From: Nageia nagi
Taxonomy: Eukaryota; Plantae; Pinophyta
DNA: 64,000 nucleotides
Direction of reading: 5' to 3'
Assembly: GCA_050084985.1 (NCBI GenBank)
Contig: JBITNC010000001.1
Span: 145,886,001-145,950,000, forward strand
Part shown: piece by piece, positions 39,440 through 53,391 of the stretch
Layout of the letters: every line of letters begins with the position of its first letter
Numbering within the stretch: position 1 is the first letter of the stretch
Program-made: the position numbers and the translations under genes
Notes under the pieces: model-generated
The model's input: only the letters and a program-made list of their open reading frames with translations
Databases searched by the model: none
What the model was told of the DNA's origin: nothing

Positions 39440-41660
39440 CTATAATATTTACATAGACTACAATATAAATTGAAAAAATTATTCATATAACATTCATATA
39501 CATAAGGAGAAAATGCATTTAAATGAAGCACTAATAAGAAATGGTTACTACATTAGAGATATTTGAAATACATGGTATAATATGGAAAGAGGAAAAACTA
39601 AGTTAAGAGACAATACCATAAAAATATTAATTGTTATATAATGATTCCTTATATCTAGGGTATAAGTGAACATTTAGCTAAATTACTAATGAAAGAAGCA
39701 ATTACAATAAGTTTTATTCCTTTCAATAAATTAGAGAACATGTTCAAGTTTACGCCCAAAAGGTGGAAGTGTTTATCATGATTTTCAAGTTTCAGGATAA
39801 TTGATCTCAAAAATTGAAGTACTTAGATATAGCATCATGAAAAAGGTCACTAGGGTGTAAATATAATGCTTAGAGTCTAGTTTTCAAAAATGTCATTTAT
39901 TTCAATACAAAGATGATAAAAATTAAATTTTGATAAGGATGAGTAAAAACTACTATTTAAAATATATTATTTTAAGATAATAACATGCAAATATCCAATA
40001 AAAATAATTTGGTCTAAATAAAAGTTTATTTTTTTAAAATCCTTTTGGGCATAGATACCTAAGACAATGAATATTTTTTTTGATATTTTTTGATAACTTT
40101 TTATGAATATTTAATTTTTATTTATTTTGTATTGGTCATATTTGTTGTTTCAAAAAGTGCATATGTTCAATATGCATAATTTGACCTAAACTTACCCTTT
40201 CATTATTGTGTTTATATTGTAGAGAATTATCTATAGTTTTTTCCCATACAATTATTTTTTCATAATTCTTGAAAAAAGTTATTAAGAAAATAATATACCC
40301 TTATATTTCAACTATATGGATTAGTTTCACTAAAAAATATAAAATCTAATCTATTTGTAAAAAAAACATTGCATATTTGAAATTTACATTCTTTCATCTA
40401 AATTGAGTTTTAATTTTATGAAAGAAATATGTCGAAAACTCCCTCAAATATATGTTTGAAGTTGAGATCTTCCATTGAAATTACCATGAACACTTACTTA
40501 CAGGTCCAAGGTTAAGGTTTGGCTCATCAAGCCTTTTCCAATCCTAAAACTAAGCCTAAAATAGAGAGAAACAAATTTAAATATATTAGGATCCTGATAT
40601 ATTTTTAAAAATCAAGATATAATGGTATCTTGATAATTGTGAAGATCCCAATTTGATTAGTATGAAGATCTTGATTTAAAATCGTGATCTTGATCCTTGT
40701 TAGGATCACAAGCCTAAATAGGGATCCTGATATGAATTATGTTAAAATTTGGATCTTAATATTTTTTCTATAGTTTAAGTCATAATATTTCTACAAAATT
40801 GGACTTACCTTTGTGCACATACCCAACGACCACTTAGAACCCTTCCAACATAAAGGTGTATATAAGATTATATATGATTTTGGATACATTGTTCAAACAT
40901 GAAGATTAATACATGAAAGAGTCAAATAATATTATGAATATTTATGATATAACATAATAATAAAATCTATTATTGTTGAACATGTGGATAAGATGAAACA
41001 CCATATACTCATGAATAAGGTTAAGATATTGGTTAGATGTGATGAATTCTATGAAAGAAGAATTAGAGAAGCTATTGAAACTAATCTCAAACATAATTCA
41101 TGAACGTAGAATGAAAATTAATATTACATAAATATATCTATAATATTTGTATTTTAACATGACTTTTCATATTTTATACACCATTGAAAAGAAATAAAAT
41201 AAATTATATATGTTATTTTAAATTTTTTTATATTGGTGAAATAAGAAGGTTCATATATGCAATTGTAAAAAATTATTATATAGATTTATAATATAATGTA
41301 ATAATCAAATATACCCATGTTTAATATGTAGATAAGAGTAAACACTATATACTCATAGATAAGGTTGATGTATTGGCTACATATGATAAATCTTGAAAAT
41401 AAAGAACTATAAAAGCTATTGATATAAAAATCAATCCTAATAATATGAATAGAGAGCAAGGTCCTTATATAAGTAGGGCTTGGCTAGCAATTATAGATCT
41501 AATTTATGAACATAGAAATAAAACTAGTATTACATTAAAATCACCATATAGTTTGGATTTTAACTCAATTTTTAATGCTTTATACATTGCTAAAAAAATA
41601 ATTTTATATAAAATATATCTATATAACTTTATTTCATATTTTATAATGATAGATGGATGA
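39440..41660 (+). mobile_element. Penelope-like retroelement remnant (RT C-terminus plus GIY-YIG endonuclease) with tandem 3' repeat, split by a MITE
   Basis: LNEALIRNGY (~39518); IPYI*GISEHLAKLL..AITISFIPFNKLENMFK (~39644-39748); DHLEPFQHKGVYKI..FGYIVQT*RLIHERVK...IVEHVDKMKHHI...RRIREAIE (40828-41080); repeated C-terminus KAIDIKINPNNMNREQGPYISRAWLAII (~41413-41495). Confidence 0.88.
39750..40824. mobile_element. ~1-kb TIR element, copy C (left end truncated, more divergent)
   Basis: aaaaggtggaagtgttt...tgaaaaaggtcactaggg is colinear with 32713-32810. Right end is tggacttacctttgtgcacataccc. It interrupts the Penelope-like frame between ENMFK and NDH. Confidence 0.78.
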
Positions 41661-44029
41661 AATTTATTTTATGAATATGGATAATATTCATCTTTAATGG
41701 TAGGAAACTAGACTTGAGATGTACAAAATATAAATTTATATGCAAGTCATCCTCAAACTACTAAAGAAAATATATTACATTTATCAAAATGACCTATCAT
41801 ATAGTTTTTATACTTCTACTTCCTTGGAATAATAGGTTATAAATTCATTTGTATGTTTATTTCTATATTTTTTAGTTGATTAATTAAGTTTTTTTATTTA
41901 GGATTTGATCACTCACTATAAATTATACTCATATTAATAAATCTTTCTTAATCATCTACCTAATTTGCAATGATTAGATATCATGTTATAGTATTCTTAT
42001 ATTAAGATTAAATATTGACGTTGAATATAATCTAATAGAGAATCAATAAACACATATCAATACTAAGATCAATGAAAATAAATAACAACTAAAAATACAA
42101 TCTCTCTTACTTTTTGCCTCTTAATTTATATGCATATAATTAACATATCATTATAATTATCATAGTCAAATGTTATTAAGTTAATTTTTTGATATTTTAT
42201 TTTTTATGCATCTAACTTTCATATAATGTTTCATGTTTGGAGTGTTATTTATGATCTATATACTCATCATTTAGGTGAACTCAACTTAATTAATATGTTT
42301 TATATTATAGAAGCATTACCACATAAAACGTTCATATCAAAATGCTAAAAGATATAAAAGAGGAGAAATAATTCTAGTTTCATTCATATATACCTTTAAT
42401 GAAATGAAAAAAAAAGAAGATAAAGAATTAAGTCCTAAATTTACAAAAACCTAAGTAAGAATACTACATATGCTAAAAAGAACAAAAATGAGATGTAGAT
42501 CTTTAGCATAAGATATCAAAAGCAACACCATCAATAGAGAGTTTGCATACTAAAAATATTTCACTATGGATAAACCTTTAAGGAGGATGAAATAAGAATC
42601 CTCCAAAGGAAGATATAGAGACTAGATATCCTTAACTAGAGCGATGATTATTTAACTCTCTTATTCATAAATATAAACCAAGAATATTTATAAACATAAC
42701 AAACTAAAATATGAATGGAAATATTTTCAAGATTCATTAGTAAAATTTGGGCTAAAAAAATGGAGTAAGTATGGAAGCCCAAGGAACATTAGGAGGAATA
42801 CTAACATCTTAAGGAATAGATAATTCAAAAATTATGAGGAATTGAAAAAAAAAATTAAAAAAGGAAGTAATCATTCATTTTGGTGAATAAGATTATGATT
42901 TTTTTAGATAATAACTATGTATATGACTAATCACTTAAATAAAAGCAAGGATCTATGGTAATTTCTAACTCAATTAAATCAACAAATACAAAAAAAAATT
43001 TGGATAACAAGTGTTAATTTTAATATTTTTGAATCTATAGAGATAATAAGGAAAAAAATATTACATTTAAAGAGATAATTATTGATATGTAAGATATCAT
43101 TGTAGACTATAGTATAATGGATTCTAAAATAGAAGAAGAATCCTTGATATGGTCAAGTTGAAAAATAAGTTATTAGTATATATTATAATGAAATATTACA
43201 TATGTCAAGATAAAATTTATATTATAATGCAATGCCATGTGTTATATTAAAGGCTATATCATTTATTATGATTTGTATTTTAAACTATCTTCGATATAAC
43301 AAAGTTTATATGATTCCTAGAGGTAATACTTTACTCCTTTCTATATCCTTGTAGGTTATATATGCAACTAGAATAGGTGGACCTAAATAGATTGAAATTA
43401 TTTGATATGATAAGAACTCTAATAGGTGGTTTTCAGTCATAATCTTCATCAATATACAGTGTATTTAGATGCCACATATCATGAGAAATTGTTATACTAT
43501 TAGCTCTAAACTTTCTATCTTTTATGCACAACATAATTCGATATATCTTACATAATTAATGATGTATTTTTATTAGGCTTATGGTACCATGAATTTTCTA
43601 GATCAAGGGTTCTATATTTTTATTATTGAGCTATTGATTTGTATACATGAAGATCTATCATGAATTTGATAGTAATCTAATCCTAATCCTCCAAAGATCC
43701 ATAGCTACTTATTGTTGAGGATTGTATGTACACTTCATATTATGTTCATGTATTTTATGTATACTTTTTATAATCTAATATAGTGTATAATATTAACTTT
43801 CATTCTTATATTTTATATCATTTATTTATTATGTATATTCATATATTGTACAATTTAAGGTCTACATTTTAATGAAACAGACATTCTTACACATCTAGAT
43901 CGTGATCTAGGGTATGTCTTCTAAAGAGTCATGAATCTATTTTCATTATTATTAATTCCCTTACCTAAGGTTCTTAGAGTAATTACTAGAGAAAATGATA
44001 AAAATAAGGTTTTTTCTATCTATGTTTCA

Positions 44030-46180
44030 AAGATGGAGCAAAATGAAGAATAACATACGGTTTTTAAAAGTAAGGTTTATTCTAAGGATATCATAAGAGG
44101 TGTTAGGGTTAACCTTGATTTACCTCTACAAGAGCCTAATCCCAATGACTAAATAAATATTGATAAATATAATGATACTAAATCTACAAGGTCTAGTGAA
44201 AAGATAGATATTATTGGAGAAACTCCTAATAAGCATAGAATGGCTATTGATGATTATGATTTTGAAAATGTAAGTTTGTGAAGCTATGATGAAACTTATG
44301 ATAGTGGTCCTAAAATTGATGAGTTAGATATAATTCCTAATCACCTTATATCACTAAAGGAATTTCTATCTAATAAAAAAAAGTTGGCATATTATCTTAC
44401 TAATAATGTAAAAAATATTATTGATATTCTAACTAATTATGAGGTATTAGAAGGAGATTCTTCAACTTTGAAATCCCTAAATAGCTTGTTCTCTTATGAA
44501 AATATAGGTTTTACAAAATTAAGGTTTATAATATCAAAAAAGATGTTGTCAACAACATGCAAGACTATTAACATGCTGCCACCAACTTGGAATTAGAGGA
44601 TATGACTTTGTAGAAAAAGATGATAATTGAAAAGGTCAATGAGGAAAGAGAGGTTGTGTTTGAATACTTGGTAACTCAATTTGATGATCATCATCCATAT
44701 ATGCTTTCTAAATATTCTAATAAGGTTAAAGGTAATGGTATATTGGTTAGTGATGAAGCTGTAGTAGATATTGCTAAACAATTTTCTACTATAATTAATA
44801 ATTCTTATGAGCATAATCCTAGTTGGTCAAAAGAAAAATAAGAAATAAAACTTGATGCCCTCCTCTATGATCAATAATATCATTGTTTTCAAAATGATAA
44901 TGAGGAACGATAACTAGAATTTATGCTAATATTGGTTAAAAAACTTGAACATGAAAAACTACATAGGATTGGACCATTTCTACAACTAAAAGAAGCTAAA
45001 GTGATAAAGGAAATAACAAATAAAAATCCAACTCAAATTAGTACTACACCACCAAAAACCCCTCCAACATACTTGAAAGATAATATACTTATGATTCAAA
45101 CCCAACAACCAAAGATAACACTTATAGTATCAAAAAATGGAAAATCAGTAGATGAAAGAATTGTAAAATTAGAAGAATTGCATAATAATGATGAAAATGA
45201 TTTCTCAATTTTTTTAAAAACATAAACTGACTAATATAAATGTTTATAAATTGGTTGTTTGTAAAAAGAGTATGAAATTTACAAAATTTGATGATTTGCA
45301 AGATCCAATAGTGCATGTTACAATATTTCAAGAGGAGGCTATGGAATATTTTTATGATAAAGATATGCTTGCAAAATTATTTTCAAGTAGTTTAAAAGAT
45401 GATACATTGAAATGGTATTTTAATTTTCTAAAAAGAGAAATATTAAATATGAATATTCTATACATTAATTTTTGAGAAACTTTAAATATAACATTGCAAA
45501 AATAATTCAATTTAGAGATTTGTGTAGAATTAAGCAATTACCTAATCCGTCTTTATTTGAGTTTGTGAAATATAGAAATAAATTACAAATAAGATTACTA
45601 TGCCTAAGTAATATTTAAAGGACACTTTCACAAATACTTTATTACATATGTATAAATCATTGGTTATCTCTAACTATGATTTGATATTAGTTGAAATGAT
45701 ATATATTTTATTTAAAAAGGAAGATTGTATAAACAATATTTATAATATATACTCTAAAAAATCTCAAATGTATGAAAAGCAAGCTAAACTTTAGGTATAT
45801 GAAAAGAAAGTGTAAGTTGCTACAATGAATTTTTCTAGAAAATATAATAGACCATATAGAAAGTTTACATGGTTAACTGATATTGTTGATAGTATTCTTT
45901 ATGTATTGTTAAAGGAAGAACTTATTGAGCTTTCATAAATTATTCAACACAACTTTCCTAATGGTATTACTAAGAATTATAGGTATCAAAAATTTTATAA
46001 TTATCATAGGACACCAAGGTATCTAATAAGAAATTGTAAGGTCTTAAGAAATATCATTCAAGATTTTATTAACAAGAAAGAAATTGAAACGTACAATCAT
46101 ACTAAAGTAAGTGATGAAAAATTGTCCATCTTGATAATGAACAATTGAAGATATTTATAAACCCTTTACCAAGACCAACT
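44030..46180 (+). pseudogene. gag: Gypsy gag remnant
   Basis: KFTKFDDLQDPIVHVTIFQEEAMEYFYDKDMLAKLFSSSLKDDTLKWYF (ORF 45251-45475); degenerate knuckle YHRTPRYLIRNCKVLRNIIQDFIN (~46002-46073). Confidence 0.85.
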
Positions 46181-46859
46181 CAGCAACTAAAAGGTTTCAT
46201 CAATTCGATAAGTACTTGAAATTATGTGAATTAATTTATTAATTGATATGGATGTAGAGAACATCAGAAACACTACTAAGGGCATGTAAGATTGCATGCA
46301 CACTACCAATGGCATGCAATATACCACTAGTAAGGCATCTATTTTTGTATCTATATCCACCAGATATGTATTGGTTCCTAAACCTTCCTAGGTATGCAAA
46401 GTTATATCTTAAAGTTGAAAATTTTCAACTTGTATTGTATGATAGGTATGGTATTATATGGGGGAAAATGTGTATATTTTATGGTCATATGGGCTACTTC
46501 ATTATTTTATTAGATTTTTAGGTATGTTTTGTGAAAATTCTTCATATTTTTTTTCTTTTTAAATATAAAAAATTGATGTCACTAATAGTGTATGAATATT
46601 TTTAGGCCACTAATGACATAGAATTCCCAAACCAAAATAAGAAAGAATAGTATAGTATTTATCTTGAAAGCCTTTTGAATTGTTGTAGGGGGTGAATATC
46701 AAGCTTTAAGTTTACTAAAAAGGAAAAAATTATTTGTATTCATTATTACAATATTTGTATTTTTATTCATTTGAAGCTTAACTTTGATGTTACATATTGC
46801 TATGGATAGGTTTCATCAATAAGGTGAATTATCATCATTATTTTCATTATTATTTTATT

Positions 46860-48844
46860 AAATTTGATTCACATCACATATATGGTATATTGTTAACACT
46901 TTTAATACTTGGCCTTCACTATTCACTTTGTAAATTATAAAAGTACAAATGCTTAGAACATTCATCCATAAGACAAAATATAAACTTAAAACATGCATGA
47001 AAAATTGTAAATAAGAAATGGAGGCAAAAAGATATACACAAAAGAGGTGGATCCATATCTCATGGTACAATTTGGTGGCAAGCACTACTGCCACTACCTC
47101 ATTGGTCCTAGGTCTTCTCTTACTACTACTACTCTCTCTAGAAAATGATACCCCACTTGATATATCACTCGTCCTAATTCGATGAGTGTTAATTACTACC
47201 TTGGCCCTCTCATATTTAGTCTTGAGCAGTATGATATCATTATCTATCTTTTCTATCTTATCCTTCAAGCTTTGGATGAATGCCCATTGCTCATTGGGTG
47301 AAGGCATGTCCACTCTCTCCTATAAAATCTTCATGGATTGGTCCATGGAGGCTACCTATAAGTCTTTAGCTAATACTAAATCTTATAAAGTGGCTACCTA
47401 TGCCTTAAGAGGATTAAGCCTCTCAACCTTAGCATGTAGTGTTGTAGTCCATATTTCACTCTCTCTTGTAAACTATCACCATCATGTCAATTTTCTTAAC
47501 CTTGTAAACCAACATAATAAAAAGTAATAAATGTCTAAGTATTTTACCTATTGCCACTAGTAGCATAGCCTTAGCTAGGGCCCCTAATCCTAACACTACT
47601 TCTAGTTCCCCCTACATGGGAATTTCATGGATTGGGTTGTTAAAATACTATGGATCATTTTTTGAATATCCCTTTGAAGATTTATTCATAGGCTCCTCCT
47701 CATCATCATCATACATACCTAATGGGATTGGATGCATGGTATTTTACCATACCATAAAATCCCTCATTGTGTTAGGTACCATCAAGATATTTTACACTAC
47801 ATAGAATGTCTTATGATCCTCTCACATAATTACCCAACTAGGTATTTTCTCCACTCCATAAAGAACATCTATCTATGTCATGTACTATTGGTAGTAGATA
47901 GGGGTAGGTGGAATCTCTTGTTGGATCTCAAACTAGCATAGCACCCACTAGGGTAAGTAAGGTTTTATCACCTTCCTCTATGCCTAAAGGAAACAAGGTT
48001 GCCTCATCTAGAAAATCTAATGGGCATCATCATCCCATACAAAATTACATAGGATATCCAAACCACATCCTCAGGTGAGAGTGTGTCTATCTCCCTTTGC
48101 CTCACCTCTAGTGTATGCAAATACATATTATTGCATTCTCTAGAAACCCAACGAGTGAAGGTAATATCTGAGGGATCATCCCTCTCCCTTTGTAAATGAA
48201 CATGCTCAATGATAATAATCTTTTCATAGGTCCATGTCCAAAGGAGGCTTGCATGAACTATTATGTTGTTAAACTTGTCAACACTCTAGAATTGTCTAGA
48301 TCCCTATATAGTTGAGCTAATACCAAGGATTACCAAGCAAGTAATGTATCCCACACATAAATCTCTTGCACATCATAAACCAAGCCAAGTGAAAATGAGG
48401 AACTATTATTATCTAGGCATAACTAAGTAGCAATAATGGAGGTAGTAAAAAGCCTAAAGTGTCATTCAATGGAGACAAATTTGTATGCCTAGATAAGATG
48501 TGTAGCCTAGTTCTCCTAATAATGATCTTGTTCTCCTATTAGCCATAATTAAAGCTACTACCTCTCATTATTATCAACAACTTTTACTTGATGAACAAGC
48601 CAACCTCAAATAGAAATTTTACAAATCCTATAAATATCCACCAGTCTCACACTCATTTCACCTTGGACTAGGTCAAACGAATATGTATCTTGGTCCCATC
48701 TCTTGGTTAGGGTTTTAAAAAGTGGAAGGTCTTGTTGAATATACATGGAGATAGTTAACTCACTTAAAATGGACCACATGAGGATGTCATCCTAATGGTT
48801 TATTCTCTACCATCCTTATGAATTATCTAGAGCTGTTGTGGACA
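46860..48844 (-). pseudogene. Antisense accessory ORF with plant mobile domain (PMD, aminotransferase-like)
   Basis: Minus strand PLFKTLTKRWDQDTYSFDLVQGEMSVRLVDIYRICKISI*G (~48603-48725), cf. PMD ERW...T.TFHL..GEMTVTL.DV..IL.LPI.G. C-terminal coiled-coil ORF 46858-47313. Confidence 0.82.
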
Positions 48845-48849
48845 TGGGT

Positions 48850-51800
48850 TGTGAGGTACCCCATGTTCTATTAGTAGGACCAAAATGGTTACCTTTATAA
48901 TATATTGTATTAATGTGTTTGTATTTTCATTATTGTAACTTATAATACTTAGTCAATCAATGGATCCCATTGTGAGCCTCAAGTGGGATGTGTCCCTCTT
49001 AAGGTTAGATTAGGTATTAATTATCAAACTTGGAATCTTGATCATGATTATGGGCATCCCAAGATCTATTTGTATATTAATGTAATTAACATATACTTGT
49101 ATTCTTGCACCATACAAGCTGGTCCTAGGACCCCCATGCATAGGTTTATAGCCCATGTAAGTATGCATGGCACATGTAGAACCTAGCATTGTCACTTAAT
49201 GCACCTTGGCCCCCTATGTTGGCATGCCTAACCCCTATGCACCTACATTTGGTATCTCAACCACCCAAAAGGCTAACATTTGATTAAGATGAGCTTGGGA
49301 TGACTCCTAGGTGAAATCCATAAAGAGCCAATTTATAAATAGATACTAGAGCTTCATTACTAGATAGCTATTGATTATTATTACTTCTTTTATAATACAT
49401 CAAATAACAAGATTTAATGGTGCTAAGAAACTCTTCATAAGCACAACATCTAGAGGGTATTCAAGCTGAGGAATCCTATCTATCTATGACACCGGTATAG
49501 TTCCTATGCCCATTTGATGGAATTTTAAGGATTTGCTTCTACCTTATTTGGTTATCCAAGATTTGATGAGGGCTCCTTTGGTTGAGAGGATTCAAGTTCT
49601 AAGGGATCATTTCTATCCCATGATTCTATGGTTGTGTTTAGTGATGAAGGATATTATTATTGTACACTACTTGGCTTCTTAGAGGCCAACAAATTCCCCT
49701 TAGGGCTTGTTATTATATACATATTTACTTTATATCATCTATATAGCTAGAGGGCATTTGATTCTATTAATGCATTGGATTGTATTTTCTTAATTGTACT
49801 TATGTAAGGCAAATGTTGGTACTATGAGTTGGTATTCATTGCTATAAGCTAGATGTTGGTATAATTCCATTTTTCTAATACATGTTTGATCATTCTAACC
49901 TTAACATTAATATTTGAGGGTCTGATTGCTTGAGATTCAATTTTCTAGGCTTGACATCTAGGCTATTGTAATCAAATTTACTAATTTTGCCTTGAGATTT
50001 CATCTGGATCATTATAATGGTATTAGAGCTTGGATATAGTCATCTTGTGTATGAAACTTGAGATCCACTTCTACTACAATATGTCTAGTATTCAAAGAGA
50101 GATAGCATCCACTAGGAAGAGTAGAAGCTCACATACAAAGGAGGCATATGAGAGATCCATACATGAGGAGGATAGATGGTTATAGATGAATGAGCTTCTA
50201 GAAGAGAGATCATTTAGTGATAAAAGGAATGTGTAGGAGATAGATAGAGAGCCTCTAAGAAGAGGAGCTCTACTCAATTTGAGGATGCACTCCTAAATGA
50301 AAGTTTGATGAAATCATTTTGGCTATTTAAAATATGACACCAAGGGTGATAGAGAGGCCTCACATATGGCCAAGGATGACATAGAGGCCCCATGTTTGGC
50401 TAGAGATAATAGAGAAGAATGGTTTGAGGACTACAAGGTAGATTAGGAGCCTAATATGAGGATATCTTAGTGTTTAAGAATCAAGAGTCTACCCACCATG
50501 GGTTGATGGGAAATCCAAAAGCCACTTTCCTAAGATACCACTCACATAGTCTACCCCAAGGTATATACCCTCTCCTAGGGAGGTTCTTGGAGGAGGACAT
50601 TGGTAGGATGGATGAGTAGCTACTTATTCCAAAGCTATCCAAGCCCATATTTACATAGAATACTAGAGAGTTTGTGAAGAGCAGGGTTCCTAATTTGTTA
50701 GAGCTAAATTAAATTTTGAGAGAATACTCAATGTTGGATCTAGGGCCGAGGAGAGATGTCAAATTCAATGGCTATCTTGAGCTCTTGGAATTGAAAGCAA
50801 ATAGCTCACATAGCTCATACCATTCAAATATTCCATGGGAGGAGAAGAAGGACCTACAACATAAGATTAATAAGATGCAAGTACCCATATATGATGGTAA
50901 GAAGATGATAGCTAGGGCATGGTTACATCAATTATAGACTTATTTCATCCTAAGTGCCAACATAGTAGAGGATGATGTGATACATTTTGTATCTTTATAT
51001 TTCGAGGGTAAATTGCTAGATTGGTGGTAGCATGGACTGATGAACCATTGTTACTCACTCATCACTATCTTCTATGAGTTTTCCCTATGGTTGGTCAAGA
51101 GGTTTTATTGAAATAAGGAGAATGACTACTTCTAGGATCTAATCTCATTAAAGTAGTATGATGTAATTGATAAATATGTGATGGAGTTCTAATAGATTTT
51201 CATCATGATATACCATATTCCTAAGGAGATACTGGTATTTCTCTTCATAGAGGATTTGATTGAGCATTATGAAGGATGGTCAAGGTTTCCTCTCCTAGGA
51301 CCTTGATGATGCTATCTGAATGGATTATGATTTAGATCCCATCATGAAATCCCTTAAGGGAGGATAGGTATACAAGGGGTAAGCCAACCAAAATCTATTT
51401 TCTAAAGGACCTAACAAGGCCAAACCCTTTTCTCCACCTAGGATGGATTAGTAGGATGCATCCACATGAAGGAAGATGAGGGAAGAGGGTAAGTGCTTCT
51501 ACTATAAAAATACTTGGGAAATAGGGTACCATTATCAAGGGAAAGGATAAATGCATTACATAAAGGTATGTTTGGAGGATGATTCAGATGACTTAGATTT
51601 GGAGTTAGGGATGGACACCTTGGAGAAAGGATTACCATAGATTGAAGGCACATTAGGGAGCATTATTGTTGTACTACATGGGGTAAAAAAGTACCTCACA
51701 TTGAATATTGTATGATAGGTAGGAGGATAGGATATAATCCAAAGGGATCTCATCACTTCATTGACATTATATTTGTTGAAAAGAATAACCTTAAGACTAA

Positions 51801-53246
51801 GGGGTTTGAGAGATTTAGAGTTTTCAATGCCAATGGAAAACTTACATTGATGGACCATATTATTGATAGGATTAGTGTGAGACTTTAGAATTATACATAG
51901 AGAGAGAAATTTTGCATTTATCACTTAAAGGGATATTCTCATAACATTAAAGGGATATTATCATGGATGATGCATATTGAAGTTCTAATCCATCAACATA
52001 TGTTCTAGCTCTTAGTGTCAAAGGATTCTTAGAAGATAATATGTTACATTCTTCTACAATTAGTTGAGGGAAAGAAATTCAATAGGTGAGGCTTTGTGAT
52101 ATCCCCATTGCTTAGTTAGTTTGACAAGAATAGTCACCTTTATATTATACTTTATTAATGTACTTGTATTTTCATTATTGTAACTTAAGATAGGAGACTT
52201 ATTGGGTCAATGAACCCCACTATGAGCTCCAAGTGGGAAGTCTCTCTCCCAAGGTTAGATTAGGTTTTAATTATCATAATTGGAGATACCCATAATGATT
52301 ATGGGCATACCAAGGTCTCTTTGTGTATTAATGTAATGGATAGACACTTGTATGATTACATTAAGCTTGTGGATGGCCTCACACCCCCATGTTGGCTAGG
52401 GTTGACCTCAATATCAACACACATGGATTTCTAGCCTATGTAAGCATGTTTAGTACATCTTGGAATTGACATTGGAACTTAATGCACATTAGCCCCTATG
52501 ATGGTATGCTTAACTCCTAGGTACCCATGTTAGGTGTCCTAGGCCCCAAGGAAGATAACCTTGGGATGGCTCCTAGGTGATATTTGGAGAGAGCTAATGT
52601 ATAAATATATATTGAAGCTTCATTAATGGATAACTATTGGTTATTATTACTTCTTCTACATTCCATCCAAAAATAAATCTTAGTAGTGCTAGGCAACTCT
52701 TCCTAAGAGGATTCCCATCCAATAGAATTTTGAGGATTTTCTTCTACCTTTGATTGTTATTTGAAATTTGAGGAGGGCTCCTTTGGTGGAGACGATTTCA
52801 ATTCTAAGGGAGAATTTACATCCCATGGTTCCATGGCTATGTTTAGTGATCAAGCATATTCTTATTGTGCCTTAGTTAGCTCCTTGGAGGCCAAAAACTA
52901 CCCAATAGGGCTTGGTATTATATACATCTTCATTTTATATAATTTGTATAGCCAAAGGGAGTTAGATCTTGTTATTGCCTTTTTTATTCCATACTTATGC
53001 ATGCATCAAATTGTCTTTGCTTAATTGTACTTGTATGAGTTAAATGTTGGCATTGTGAGTTAGTATTTGTTGTTATAATCTAGACATTGGTATAATTATA
53101 TTGTTGTAATGCATGTTGATTACTCTAACCTTAACATTCATATTAGAGGGTTTGATTTTTTGAGAATTGATGCCCTAGGCTTGACATCTAGGCTATTGTA
53201 ATTGAATTTGCTAATTTTGCCTTGAGATTCCATTTGGACCATTACA
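48850..53246 (+). mobile_element. Complete non-autonomous LTR retrotransposon (chromovirus-like gag plus protease only)
   Basis: LTRs 48850-50016 and 52095-53246 (TG...TA/CA). Perfect TSD tgggt (48845-48849 / 53247-53251). PBS tggtattagagc. gag LQHKINKMQVPIYDG...AWLHQL*TYF...LDWW; protease remnant SHHFID at ~51748. Confidence 0.93.
50018..50029 (+). other. Primer-binding site complementary to tRNA-iMet
   Basis: tggtattagagc (canonical TGGTATCAGAGC with one C>T), 1 nt after the 5' LTR. Confidence 0.85.
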
Positions 53247-53391
53247 TGGGTCCACCTCAAATCAAAATTATATGATATTGTAATGAAATAATAGTAGAAT
53301 TAACATTAAAAATTAAATAAATTAATGTTAAAATTTATATATTTCTAGCAAAAATATAGGCAATAAGTTAAAACTAGCCAATGAAATGTAA

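Noticed and set aside
39734-39749. gagaacatgttcaag as the left TIR of MITE copy C
   Set aside because: It reads in frame as ENMFK of the Penelope-like ORF and gives no matching TSD. The left end is treated as truncated.
41225-41275. Hammerhead ribozyme in the Penelope tail
   Set aside because: The conserved core and stems cannot be read in this decayed copy; left as a test on the family consensus.
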